A program made the translations under genes and the position numbers. Under the pieces are notes generated by a model. That model was not told the origin of the DNA. It did no database searches and saw only the letters and a list, made by a program, of their open reading frames with translations. Shown piece by piece: positions 48,273 to 57,919 of a stretch of 64,000 nt of DNA (positions are counted from its first letter, which is position 1; every line of letters begins with the position of its first letter). Source of the DNA: an uncultured delta proteobacterium (lineage in GTDB: Bacteria; Desulfobacterota; Zymogenia; Zymogenales; Zymogenaceae); assembly GCA_963792965.1 (NCBI GenBank), contig CAWBYW010000007.1, positions 544,001 to 608,000 of the forward strand, given 5' to 3'.

Positions 48273-49262
48273 TCAGCTCACCATCTTGCTGGTCTTGGCC
48301 AGGATCGCAGACGCGTCTGCCACCATCGAGTCCAACAGCTCCTTGACGGTCATGACCTTCTTGATGAGCCCGATGGACTGGCCCACCATGAGCGGCGCGT
48401 AGTTGACGTCGCCCGTCTCCCACGCCTGCTTGATCCTGATGCCGGAAAGGAGCGGGATCAGCTCCTCTAACTTTCCGTTCCTCTCCTCGATGGCGATCAC
48501 GTCCTTGATGACGTCGCTCATGAGCGCCCGGCCCTGCAGCCCGATGGAGCGCCCGAAGATCGTCGTGTCCATCTCCTGCCGGCGGCAGAGCTCGTTTTTG
48601 ATGTTGTCGTGGCAGGGGCACTCCTTGGTGGCCACAAAGCGGCTTGCCATCATGACCCCCTGGGCCCCGAGCGTCAGCGCCGAGGCAAGGCCCCGCCCGT
48701 CGGCGATGCCGCCCACCGTCACCACCGGGATCTTCACCGATTCGGCGATCCGCGGGGTCAGGATCATCGTCGTCACGTCGTCGCTGAGGGGGTGGCCCCC
48801 CTCCTCGATGCCGGCGGCGTAGATGCCGTCATACCCGACCTTCTCGGCGTGCACCGCGTGCCTGACCGCGCCGACCTTCTGGAACATCTTGACGTTGGCC
48901 TTTTTCAGCGTCTCTATGGCGTCCATCCCGAGGCCGCGGTCAAGCGGCGCGCCGGAGATCTCCACGCCGGCGATCTTTTCCTCGGCGCAGATCTTGACGT
49001 ACATGGCGTGGTGCTCGGCCGTGATGCGGAGCGAGGGCAGGATCGTGATCCCCACCATGAAGGGCTTGTCGGTGAGCTTTCGCGTCTCCTTGATGGCCTT
49101 TCTGAACTCGTCTGCCGTCTCGTAGTTGCCCGCGGTGAGGTTGCCGATCCCCCCGGCGTTGGATATGGCCGCCGTCAGCGGCGGGATCGAGAGCCACATC
49201 ATCGAGCCGCAGAAGATCGGGTACTTGACCCCAAACATCTCGGTGATAGCCGTCTTGATCAT
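48273..49262 (-). CDS. Nitronate monooxygenase/FabK-like flavoprotein (paralog 1)
   Basis: KYPIFCGSM, GIEEGGH, GGIADGRG, GVMMASRF, GQSIGLI. Confidence 0.88.
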   Translation of the reverse strand: MIKTAITEMFGVKYPIFCGSMMWLSIPPLTAAISNAGGIGNLTAGNYETADEFRKAIKETRKLTDKPFMVGITILPSLRITAEHHAMYVKICAEEKIAGVEISGAPLDRGLGMDAIETLKKANVKMFQKVGAVRHAVHAEKVGYDGIYAAGIEEGGHPLSDDVTTMILTPRIAESVKIPVVTVGGIADGRGLASALTLGAQGVMMASRFVATKECPCHDNIKNELCRRQEMDTTIFGRSIGLQGRALMSDVIKDVIAIEERNGKLEELIPLLSGIRIKQAWETGDVNYAPLMVGQSIGLIKKVMTVKELLDSMVADASAILAKTSKMVS

Positions 49263-49323
49263 CGATGCCTCCTGATTGTCCGATGTATATCTATAGTACA
49301 TGCAGAATAACCTATTACAGACT

Positions 49324-49441
49324 GTCATTGCGAGCGAAGCGAACGGCAATCCCATGACTGTCTGATCGGTACCCGGAATACCCCGCGTTTCTATTCGATC
49401 GTCAGGGGATTGCTTCGTCGCTGCACGCTCCTCGCAATGAC
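49324..49441. repeat. Inverted pair of family-B palindromic repeats
   Basis: GTCATTGCGAG...GCAATCCC (49324-49353) and GGGATTGC...CTCGCAATGAC (49406-49441). Confidence 0.75.
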
Positions 49442-49454
49442 GGCATAGGCCGAC

Positions 49455-50441
49455 CTACTTTAGCTTCCCGTTCGCCATGATCGTGTTGAGGTTACTTAGC
49501 GACGCCTCGGCCTCACTCACGATGTCCGCCATGATCTGTTTGATCGTCTTGATCTCGTCGATGACGCCGATCCCCTCGCTCACCGAGATGATGCCCATCT
49601 CCACGTCGCCGCTGTTGTAGGCCTGCTTGCCGAACTTGCCGGCGGCATAGGTCAGGATCTCCTCGAGCGTCGTCCCCCGCGCCTCGATCTCGCGGACCTT
49701 TTTGGCGGTCTCGTTGTTCATGACGCGCATGGGGTTCTTGATCGAGCGCATGACCAGCGCCGTGTCGTTCTCGGTGGAATCCAGGATCCACTGTTTGAAG
49801 TTGTCGTGTATCGGCGTCTCTTTGGACGCGAGGAACCGCGTCCCCATCAGCACGCCGTCGGCCCCGAGCGCCAGCGCCGCCAGGAACCCCCGCCCGTCCA
49901 CGATCCCGCCGCCCGCGATGACCGGGATATTCAGCACCCGCGTGGCCTTGTTGACCAGGATCATCGTGGTGACGTCGGCCATGCCGAGGTGCCCCCCGCC
50001 CTCGAACCCCACGATGATCACGGCGTCGGCCCCGACCTGCTCGGCCTTTTTGGCGAACCGCACCTGGGTGATCTTGTGGATAAGGGGGACGCCCGCTTTC
50101 TTCGTCAGCGGGATGAAGGGCTCGGGGGAGCGGCCGGCCGTCTCGAACGCGGCGACCTTTTCCTCTATCCCCATGCGGACGATGTCGAGCATCTGCTCGC
50201 CCGGCGACACGTCCGGCAGCATCGAGATGTTGATGCCGATGGGGCCGTCGGTCAGGTCGTGCGCGCGCCTGACTTCGGCTCTCAGCGCCTCCGTCGACTC
50301 GAACGAGGCCGAGGGCAAAAAGCCCATCCCGCCGGCCTCGGCCACCGCCGCGACCATCTCGGCAAACGAGACCCAGTGCATCCCGCCCATGAGGATGGGG
50401 TATTTGATGTTGAGAAGCTCCGTGATTCGGGTCTTGATCAT
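49455..50441 (-). CDS. Nitronate monooxygenase/FabK-like flavoprotein (paralog 2)
   Basis: KYPILMGGM, GFEGGGH, AGGGIVDGRG, GVLMGTRF. Confidence 0.9.
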   Translation of the reverse strand: MIKTRITELLNIKYPILMGGMHWVSFAEMVAAVAEAGGMGFLPSASFESTEALRAEVRRAHDLTDGPIGINISMLPDVSPGEQMLDIVRMGIEEKVAAFETAGRSPEPFIPLTKKAGVPLIHKITQVRFAKKAEQVGADAVIIVGFEGGGHLGMADVTTMILVNKATRVLNIPVIAGGGIVDGRGFLAALALGADGVLMGTRFLASKETPIHDNFKQWILDSTENDTALVMRSIKNPMRVMNNETAKKVREIEARGTTLEEILTYAAGKFGKQAYNSGDVEMGIISVSEGIGVIDEIKTIKQIMADIVSEAEASLSNLNTIMANGKLK

Positions 50442-50735
50442 ACTGCCTCCGGCAGGGTGTGGATGGAGTATCCGGTTCCTGTTATCTTGTGACGAGTCTG
50501 TTCACTGTAATGAAGTCGCTGTCGTTATAGCCGAGAAGCTTAAAGTATAACTTCATGCTTTAAGTCTATAGCAGATATAGCAGGGCTGAAATGGGTTGTC
50601 AAGAGATTTTTTTGAGGGGAGGAGAAATAAGGGGGATGCGGCGGCCTGCGGGGCCGATAAGGAGTACCGAAAAAAGGGCTTGCCCGGCAGAATATTCGTG
50701 ATATAGTAAAAGAACCAATATTTGGGAGGAATGCT

Positions 50736-51108
50736 ATGAAGTCATTAAGACTGTTGCTCGTTCTGGTTATTGCCGTTGTCATCGCTATGGCGTTTATGAC
50801 CGGGTGCGAGAAGGCGGCGGGCGTAAAGGACGCCTTTATCACAAAGACCCAGGCGACCCTCGACGACTACAAAGCCAAGGTCGACGACACTGTCCTCCAA
50901 GGCGGCTATGCTGCCCAGCCCGACCAAGGAAGCGGCCATCGCCAAGATCGACGCGGTAAAGGGCAAGATGGACGAGGCCAAGGCCAAGCTCGAGGAGCTC
51001 AAAGGGGCCAGCGCCGACAAGTGGACGTTGATGATGAGCGATATCAGCGCCCTCGTCGTGCAGATCGGCACGCTCTATGGCGAGGCCGTAACTGCCGTCG
51101 GCAAGTAG
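50736..51108 (+). CDS. Coiled-coil lipoprotein (indel near 50887)
   Basis: RBS GGAGG, lipobox MTGC; continues into the 50908..51108 frame (AKAKLEELKGASADKW). Confidence 0.7.
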
Positions 51109-51137
51109 CGCCATTTACGTACGAAGCTCTGAGTCAG

Positions 51138-51167
51138 GGCGCCCGGGATAACCGGGCGCCTTTTTTA
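51138..51167 (+). terminator. Intrinsic terminator
   Basis: GGCGCCCGG-GATAA-CCGGGCGCC followed by TTTTTT. Confidence 0.8.
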
Positions 51168-51277
51168 TGTTTAGGGCTAACGATAAGGCGGAAAGGGAAT
51201 GGGGAGGAGAGAGATTTTTTACGTGGGAGGAAGAAATGAGAGGGGACAAAAGGTGAGCCTTTAGATCTACGACCAGA

Positions 51278-51961
51278 CTATGCTACTGGTGGGAAAACGC
51301 CACTCGGTATGTCGAATTCCTTTAGTCCGCCAGAATTACAGGCGTAACTAAAAGAATACTTTCCAGAATTCTCTCGAAAGTATAGTACGCCGCTTAAATA
51401 AAGGTGACTGTCAAACAATCCGTTTTTCTTATTTGACACGCATTGCTGGATTTCCTCAAAATGCATTGCCGCATTTGAATCGAATAACGACACTACGTAG
51501 GGTCTCTTTAGTTTTTCAACAAGATTGCGATACGTATCTGCTTTTTGCTCAATACAATTGTAGAGGCGTCTAACGTTATCCTTATTTTCGTCTCGCCAAA
51601 AGAATTTCCACTCTCCTTCATTTCCTTCGTCTAGGTGTTTCTTAATTTGGCTATCCGTGGTTTTGTCGAGATGAAAATTAGTTAATTCGATAATGCAAAT
51701 TACCTGAAAGTTGTCGTCAATAATACTCCAATCAGGAGTCTTCCCATTAACAGGATAATCGTTCCGCACCTTAAAACCGTTTGAAGAGAGATAAGCCCCA
51801 AGAATTAGTTCCCGAAGGGTGTGCAAAACCTGATCAAGATTATGTGGCTGCTCGCGAAATTTCTTAACGAACTTTCTTTGGTCAGCCTCGGAGATAAATT
51901 CAAAACAACGATAAATTGTGTCATTAATACTATTGTTTAGCGCAATTTGTTCGTACATCAT
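51278..51961 (-). CDS. Hypothetical protein, PD-(D/E)xK nuclease-like
   Basis: 227-aa AT-rich ORF with helix-E (LRELIL), KTPDW and IIELT pattern. Confidence 0.55.
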   Translation of the reverse strand: MMYEQIALNNSINDTIYRCFEFISEADQRKFVKKFREQPHNLDQVLHTLRELILGAYLSSNGFKVRNDYPVNGKTPDWSIIDDNFQVICIIELTNFHLDKTTDSQIKKHLDEGNEGEWKFFWRDENKDNVRRLYNCIEQKADTYRNLVEKLKRPYVVSLFDSNAAMHFEEIQQCVSNKKNGLFDSHLYLSGVLYFRENSGKYSFSYACNSGGLKEFDIPSGVFPPVA

Positions 51962-52067
51962 GTCTTTACAGCTATCGATATAAACCGCACGTCATCAACT
52001 CTATAAAATTGGAAATAGGTCTCCGCTCATGACTTAAATCAGAGGATACAGCGTCGTTTGTTTACCA

Positions 52068-53087
52068 TCACTTTTTCTTTTTCTCCTTCCTCTGTTTTTG
52101 ATTATGCAAGCTGAATTCAAGCGCGGCCGTTTCAATTTCGCCTTTGGCGAACCTCTTTATGAAAGGAATCAGATCATTAGAATACTGAGTAGAACCTACC
52201 GCATCTGAATGCCAGAACAGATTTGGCTTATTCTTTATGTCATACTTCCAAACGATCGCTTGAAATGTGTGTGCTGTAAATTTCGCTCCATTAACAACCG
52301 AACCGACTTTTTCAAGAATATCTTTTCGCCGCAACGGGTGAGATATATTAGGGTCTACACGGCGTTCTACGACGAGGACATCCTCGTCTGTTACAGAAGT
52401 TCTGACACCTGTAACAATGTCCGCCTGGGTTATTTTCTTTACTGACTGAAAATTCACTTTGAATACGGTTAAAAAGCGGTAGGTATCAAATTTTCTTGCT
52501 TCAAGTTCTTGTGCTGTCCTCGATACTTCTCTTATAAATTGGACCACTGCTCTGCTAGTAGGTGGACTTGTTTCGACTTTCCGAATAAACTCAATTGGGT
52601 CTGGTCTGCTGGTAAAAGAAAGCGGTAATAGGTTCAGGGTCATTTCATTAGATATATCAACGTTGAATATCGAAAGCATTAGATCTTTATAGTTAACTAT
52701 GCACGTTTGGGCCAGCCCATAGATCATGACTCCAAAGCCGGGCTTATTATAGAAATGTATTGAATTATTCCGATATGTTTCCAGAATTCTTATATTTTCG
52801 GCTACCGGTTCATATGGGATACTGTCCGGGAAAAACCTTCTCGCCTTAAATATCGCATCACGAAGTGCAAACGTACGGTGGGGTACACCCCTTTCCTTTG
52901 GGTAATATATATGTTGTTTGTTCTTCGATATTATTGCCTTAAGTAATAGTTCCCACGCATTAAGAAGTAAGATAGAAAAACATTCATCACGATAGGAGAT
53001 TTGCGGTTTATTATAGATCTCAATAGCCGCGAGAATTGCAGCTTTTGAGTTGTTCCGGAGCGCTTTGTACGATCCTCTCAGGTTCAT
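52068..53087 (-). CDS. DUF3644 domain protein (predicted HEPN RNase)
   Basis: AILAAIEIYNKPQISYRDECFSILLLNAWELLLKA signature and the Rx4H motif RNNSIH. Confidence 0.8.
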   Translation of the reverse strand: MNLRGSYKALRNNSKAAILAAIEIYNKPQISYRDECFSILLLNAWELLLKAIISKNKQHIYYPKERGVPHRTFALRDAIFKARRFFPDSIPYEPVAENIRILETYRNNSIHFYNKPGFGVMIYGLAQTCIVNYKDLMLSIFNVDISNEMTLNLLPLSFTSRPDPIEFIRKVETSPPTSRAVVQFIREVSRTAQELEARKFDTYRFLTVFKVNFQSVKKITQADIVTGVRTSVTDEDVLVVERRVDPNISHPLRRKDILEKVGSVVNGAKFTAHTFQAIVWKYDIKNKPNLFWHSDAVGSTQYSNDLIPFIKRFAKGEIETAALEFSLHNQKQRKEKKKK

Positions 53088-53327
53088 TTGAATACTCGAA
53101 AAGACAAAAGGGGTCGACTCTTCGTTTAGTTCTTATTCACCAGAATGAGATGAACGCGGACACCTTCTCTTTTCCCCTAGTTGAATTATATTCAAAATCG
53201 TAACGCAAATCAAATAGAAAAGTTTACATATATTGTATATTCAGTCGGTTCTACGATTTAGCCCCGCCGCCGGGCCGGGGCCGGGGGGCAACGGGAGCAC
53301 AGCTCTCCCCTATAGGTGAGGTATATA

Positions 53328-53639
53328 TATGACAACTACAACAACTATACGCAACAATCCGTTGGGAGGCGGGCGATGACGGGTCGTTGAGAAGGAGTGA
53401 ACATATATGTTACGTTCTATGGCCCTTCTCATCTACAGGTGACCCTCTCATATATATAACAACTACGACAACCAACAACTAAGGGACCCCTGTAGAGGAT
53501 GAGGCTTATAACAACTATACTCAAGACAACCCGCGGGTTGGCGTCTATGGTTGTATGGTTGCGAAAGCCCCGAAATCGCCACAACCATGGACTTGATTGA
53601 TATCATTGCCTTATTAGGGATAGTTGTGTAGTTGTCATA
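53328..53639. repeat. About 310-bp element with terminal inverted repeats and internal ACAAC(T/C) repeats
   Basis: TATGACAACTACAACAACTAT (53328-53348) versus ATAGTTGTGTAGTTGTCATA (53620-53639). Confidence 0.65.
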
Positions 53640-53642
53640 GGA

Positions 53643-53995
53643 CACCCCAAAAAGCAGGCTTCATGGGGGCCCCGGTGAGAGAGGAGAGAACAAACACGAA
53701 ACGGACACCATAAATGGTGTCCCTACAGGTTCTAACACAAGCCGGGTATATCGGTTGTAGGGACACGATTCATCGTGTCCGGCGGCTCCCCCAAAATCTC
53801 CAACCCACCGTCATTGCGAGCCCCGGAGGGGCGCGGCAATCCCCTGACTATGGAGGAAAGATCAGCGGTTAACCGGCGTTTGCGGGACGTAGTCAGGGCA
53901 TTGCTTCGTCGCTTACGCTCCTCGCAATGACGGGATGAATCACCCCAAAAACGCAAGCGTTTTTGGGGGCCCCGACAGGGCGAAGAAAGACGAGA
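53643..53995. repeat. Composite cluster of REP-like palindromes (C-A-A-B-B-C)
   Basis: C 53643-53699, A 53703-53726 and 53757-53780, B 53810-53843 and 53896-53931, C 53941-53995. Confidence 0.8.
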
Positions 53996-54063
53996 GAAAA
54001 CGTGAGAGGTGGCAGTCTGAGGATGGGGACCACCCCGGGGAACCCGGCTATCGGGCCGTCTCG

Positions 54064-54936
54064 TCAGCGCGCCCCTTCCGGGAGGTCCTTCACCCTTTTC
54101 GCCACCACGAGGCCGATGTAAAGCATCCAGAGTATCAGCCCGATATGGAGCACGTCGTTGGCGGAAAACCAGACGCCCCGGTCCCATAGTTTCTCCGTGT
54201 ATCCGAGCCCAAGGTAAACGAAGTACGCGGCCATCACGGCACCCAGGAAGAGCCAGGTGATCATGAGGAAGAGGTCCATCTTCTCCCTCAGTCTCGCGTA
54301 CCGTATCGTGTTTACGACGAAAAAGATCACATAGCTCGGCCCGGTGAATAAGACCATCAGCTCAAAAGAGACCATGACCTTGTCCGGGATGAAGGCCCCG
54401 AAAAGACAGATGACAAAATAGACGGCCGTGTTTGCCGCCGCGTAGACCGGCAGCACCCTTCTCGAGACCCTTCCGGCCGAGGAGCGGACTACCCCCATCA
54501 TCATGGCGTTGATGCTTGCGACCGTGAACAGGAGATAGTAGACTTCCCACCAGCTTGTCCACGAGCAGACATCTTTGCCGGCGCATTTTATTTCGTAGCC
54601 GAAGGCCTGATAGCTGGTGCCGGCAAGGATCGCCCCGGCGCCCCACAACAGCAGCGCCACGCCCCACCAGAGGCGGGACTTCTGATTTCCCCGAATCCGC
54701 AGGAAGTAAAGACCGACGGCGATGGTAAAGAGACCGAGGAAGTAGATAAGCGCGGACGACGTGGGCTGCGTGAGGACGAACTTCAGCGGGCCCAGGGACA
54801 CGTCCACGTGGGGCTGGATCTGCAGCCACGTTTGAGGGGTCTGTTCCGGGCAACAATACGGTATGGTGCCCAGCCGGCCGCAGGCCGATAAAATAAATAG
54901 AGACACTATGAGCAACAGAGACTTCCCGGCGTTCAT
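54064..54936 (-). CDS. Multi-pass membrane protein of unknown function
   Basis: Signal/lipobox-like LSAC followed by about 7 hydrophobic helices; NDVLH near the C-terminus. Confidence 0.7.
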   Translation of the reverse strand: MNAGKSLLLIVSLFILSACGRLGTIPYCCPEQTPQTWLQIQPHVDVSLGPLKFVLTQPTSSALIYFLGLFTIAVGLYFLRIRGNQKSRLWWGVALLLWGAGAILAGTSYQAFGYEIKCAGKDVCSWTSWWEVYYLLFTVASINAMMMGVVRSSAGRVSRRVLPVYAAANTAVYFVICLFGAFIPDKVMVSFELMVLFTGPSYVIFFVVNTIRYARLREKMDLFLMITWLFLGAVMAAYFVYLGLGYTEKLWDRGVWFSANDVLHIGLILWMLYIGLVVAKRVKDLPEGAR

Positions 54937-55127
54937 CGGCATCCTCACGTATCGGTTCGAGAAAGAGGGGGCGGGTATTCTCGTGTCATCACCCCGGAAA
55001 ACTTCGTTTTTCCGGGGGCCCCGATAAAGGACGGCTCCTCGCAATAAGTAAAAGGGGTCAGGTCTTCATTTAACTCATTCTTTCTATAAGTCCAAAGAAT
55101 CACCCATTGCCCTTCCGACGAAATGGA

Positions 55128-55289
55128 TTAACCTCGACAATTACCTCCCCTTTCTTTTCCCTTACACTCGTCGCAGAGTTCATCGTCGGATGGTTTCGTT
55201 TCCTGTTCGACATACTTGGCTAACGGCCAACCGGAGCAGTTCTTACACCAATGCCAAATGTCTTTGTCTTTTCCCCTGCGATAGATCAT
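55128..55289 (-). CDS. 53-aa Cys/His-rich microprotein (not in ORF track)
   Basis: RBS AAGGAGG; MIYRRGKDKDIWHWCKNCSGWPLAKYVEQETKPSDDELCDECKGKERGGNCRG*. Confidence 0.7.
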   Translation of the reverse strand: MIYRRGKDKDIWHWCKNCSGWPLAKYVEQETKPSDDELCDECKGKERGGNCRG

Positions 55290-55330
55290 ACTATGCCTCC
55301 TTCAAGAGAGATCTCGTAAAATATGTTACT

Positions 55331-55945
55331 CTACCTTTTGCTCATAAGACAAACCCAGGCTCTCGGTGGATTCGGATGATCGGATTCGAAGTGGCTGGAA
55401 TAGAGCGTAAGAATTTCAAAAAGCTGTTCGACGGCGACGACGATATCCTTAGCCGAGCGCCGGGGGGGTCCCCCAAAGGGGCCCGGACCGCGAGGCGGTT
55501 CGTCGGCGCTTCCAATAATGCTGAGCCACAGGCCGCCTTTTTCCAGGTGGTCCGCGACTCTTTCGGAAAAATTCTTGCGGACTTCATCGGAATCGAAAGA
55601 GTGAAAACAACCCCGGTCGAATACGAGGCCGAAAGGTTTGCCGGGGACTTCCTGTTTAAGGAAATCGATCAATAAGAATGTGCAATCGACGCCGGCTTTC
55701 GAGGAATTTTCTTTGGCATTTCTCAGCGCAATTTCGGAAACATCCACACCCGTTACGGTGAAACCTTTTTGCGCAAGCCAAACAGAATTCATCCCGCTGC
55801 CACATCCTATATCGAGAGCCTTGCACTTTTGAATCTGCCTTTCAGCCACGATATCAATCAGGTTAAAATCCGGCCTTCCGATATCCCAGGGCGTCGTTCC
55901 CGCCTTATAAAGCTCTTTATACCGCTCTTCTTCTGATTTTGACAT
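55331..55945 (-). CDS. Class I SAM-dependent methyltransferase (TPMT/TehB-like)
   Basis: TPWDIGRP, LDIGCGSG, GVDVS, FDRGCFH. Confidence 0.9.
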   Translation of the reverse strand: MSKSEEERYKELYKAGTTPWDIGRPDFNLIDIVAERQIQKCKALDIGCGSGMNSVWLAQKGFTVTGVDVSEIALRNAKENSSKAGVDCTFLLIDFLKQEVPGKPFGLVFDRGCFHSFDSDEVRKNFSERVADHLEKGGLWLSIIGSADEPPRGPGPFGGPPRRSAKDIVVAVEQLFEILTLYSSHFESDHPNPPRAWVCLMSKR

Positions 55946-55962
55946 GTTATGCCCTTTTGTGC

Positions 55963-56727
55963 CTATACCAATGCTATTACTATCACGAGCACTATGAGAA
56001 AGAGCGTCAGGGCGCCCATGCAGGATCGGGGGCTCACGGGGCCTTTCGCCGGCTCTATCGGCGCGTGGGTGTCGCCGGCCCCGGGCGTAAATGAACCCTC
56101 CTGCCGCCCGTCATATCCCGAATATCCGCTCCTCACCTCGGCCGCGATTCCGAGGGACCCAAGCACCTTCGCGAGGCTCTCGGCCGTCTCTTTCGTCAGG
56201 CCGGCGTAGGCCGCCCCCGGCCCGGACTCGACGAGGTCCTTGGCCTCCTTCAGCCCGAGCTTTGTAAACTGCCGGATCACCTTGATGACCTTTATCTCGT
56301 CCGAGCCCCCGTCTGTAAGGACCACGGCATAGTCCGGGGCATCGGCCCGCTCGCTGCCGGAATCCGTCTTGATCTCTCCGACACCCGTGGCGGCCCTGAC
56401 CTCGGCCCGCGCGCCGGCGGCCTCCAGGTCCCTTTTGACGTTCTCGGCGACGTCCTCGGCGATCCCGGAGCAAACCGCCCCCGGGGCGGACTCGGCAAGA
56501 TCCTTGGCCTCTTTCAGCCCAAGGTCCGTATATTGCCGGATCACCTTGATGACCTCGATTATCCTTTTTCCCGGGGAGAGCAGGTACACCTCATAGCCCG
56601 TTTCCCCGGAAGCCCCCCACCCACCGGGCCCGGCATCTTCCACAAGCTTGCCGCCGCAGATGGCGCAATATTTGGCGTCGGGGCTCTTTTCGACGTGGCC
56701 GCACTTCGGATCCGCGCATCTTTTCAT
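55963..56727 (-). CDS. Zinc-ribbon + tandem ribosomal L7/L12 C-terminal domains + C-terminal TM protein
   Basis: CADPKC..CAICG; two copies of VIKVIRQ.T.LGLKEAKDL.ES; hydrophobic tail. An alternative start at 56829 is possible. Confidence 0.8.
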   Translation of the reverse strand: MKRCADPKCGHVEKSPDAKYCAICGGKLVEDAGPGGWGASGETGYEVYLLSPGKRIIEVIKVIRQYTDLGLKEAKDLAESAPGAVCSGIAEDVAENVKRDLEAAGARAEVRAATGVGEIKTDSGSERADAPDYAVVLTDGGSDEIKVIKVIRQFTKLGLKEAKDLVESGPGAAYAGLTKETAESLAKVLGSLGIAAEVRSGYSGYDGRQEGSFTPGAGDTHAPIEPAKGPVSPRSCMGALTLFLIVLVIVIALV

Positions 56728-57228
56728 GTCATCCTTCCACAAGAAGCTCATATACTGTTCAAAGGTAAGAGGGCTCCCGTCTCCGTTTATCGCCTGTTGG
56801 CCGTAACGGCGGTATACCCTCTTCTCCATTCCTCAACCGGATTATAGGTAAAATCCTCGACCCAAATCAATAAATAAAATTTACGCGTATCTCCATTAGC
56901 TCTATGCCCCGCTACTGCCGCGGGCGGAGGATGTAACTATCACTTCACGGGGATTGCCGGGCCCTTCGGGCCCTCGCAATGACGCGTGGTTCGGACGGTC
57001 GGGATATGCCACCCCACGAAACTTCGGTTTCTGCGGGCACTCCGATGAAGAGATAAAACGGCGCATTGACGGCTTTTGCCGTAGTCGTGTCCGTTTGCGA
57101 TCTTTTTCCTTGACAATCGCACCATGGATATAGTAGATTATTCTTTAGCTGCAGTGAATACTATAGCCAAAGCATGAAGGCCTAAACGGAAAGGCGCGAA
57201 CCCGCGGGAAGATAATCGAGGTTGCCCC

Positions 57229-57843
57229 ATGGAGAACATCGTCCAGAAAACGAAGGCGAGGCTCACGGAGTACGAGAACAGGCACCAGCGGATTATTGGA
57301 GCCGCCATGCGGCTCTTCAACGCCAAGGGCTATGCGGCGACGACGACCGCGAGCATCGCCAATGATGCCGGCGTCACGGAAAAGACGATGTACGGGCATT
57401 TCGCCAGCAAGGAGGTGCTGTTTGAGGCATGTATCCAGTCCATCACGGGGCAGATGGCCGCGATCTGGCAGGAGGCGTTGGAAAACAACAGAGACGATGA
57501 CCTCGCCTACCTGAAGGCCGTGGCACGCTCGTACGTGGACTTCGTGATCGACAACCCGGACAAATCCATGTTCCTCGTCCACCTCTACAGCTACCGCGTC
57601 ATCCCCGAGCTGGACGAGGGCTTTCGGAAGGCCGTCGAAGAGCGGCTGAACGAGGCCGAGAGGGTCATCGGGTCGCTGCAGAAAAAGGGGCAGGTCCGGC
57701 TCGACATGCACCCCCGCGTGCTGGCCGGCGCGTTCCTCGGCCAATACTTCACCGCGGTCTTCCTGAACGAGTTCCTCGGGCCCCATCTCTACAACACCGA
57801 GACGGCCATGGAAATGACCACGCGGTTCTTGGGAATCGACTGA
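57229..57843 (+). CDS. TetR/AcrR family regulator
   Basis: AAMRLFNAKGYAATTTASIANDAGVTEKTMYGHFASKE. Confidence 0.9.
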   Translation: MENIVQKTKARLTEYENRHQRIIGAAMRLFNAKGYAATTTASIANDAGVTEKTMYGHFASKEVLFEACIQSITGQMAAIWQEALENNRDDDLAYLKAVARSYVDFVIDNPDKSMFLVHLYSYRVIPELDEGFRKAVEERLNEAERVIGSLQKKGQVRLDMHPRVLAGAFLGQYFTAVFLNEFLGPHLYNTETAMEMTTRFLGID

Positions 57844-57919
57844 AGCCCCCCGGCGCGGGGACCAACCGGACCGTAAACACGTACGGGACATGGAGCCCCA
57901 CCTTTAAAGGAATCACGAA

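Noticed and set aside
53328-54000. CRISPR array
   Set aside because: Repeats differ in sequence, orientation and spacing, and no cas genes are present
55963-56829. Genuine rplL (ribosomal protein L7/L12)
   Set aside because: It lacks the N-terminal dimerisation domain, has a TM tail and a duplicated CTD, and is not next to rplJ or rpoB
57160-57228. c-di-GMP-I (GEMM) riboswitch-like words (CAAAGC..GGCCTAA..GGTTGCC) before tetR
   Set aside because: No P1 stem with a GNRA tetraloop, and the P2 arms do not pair
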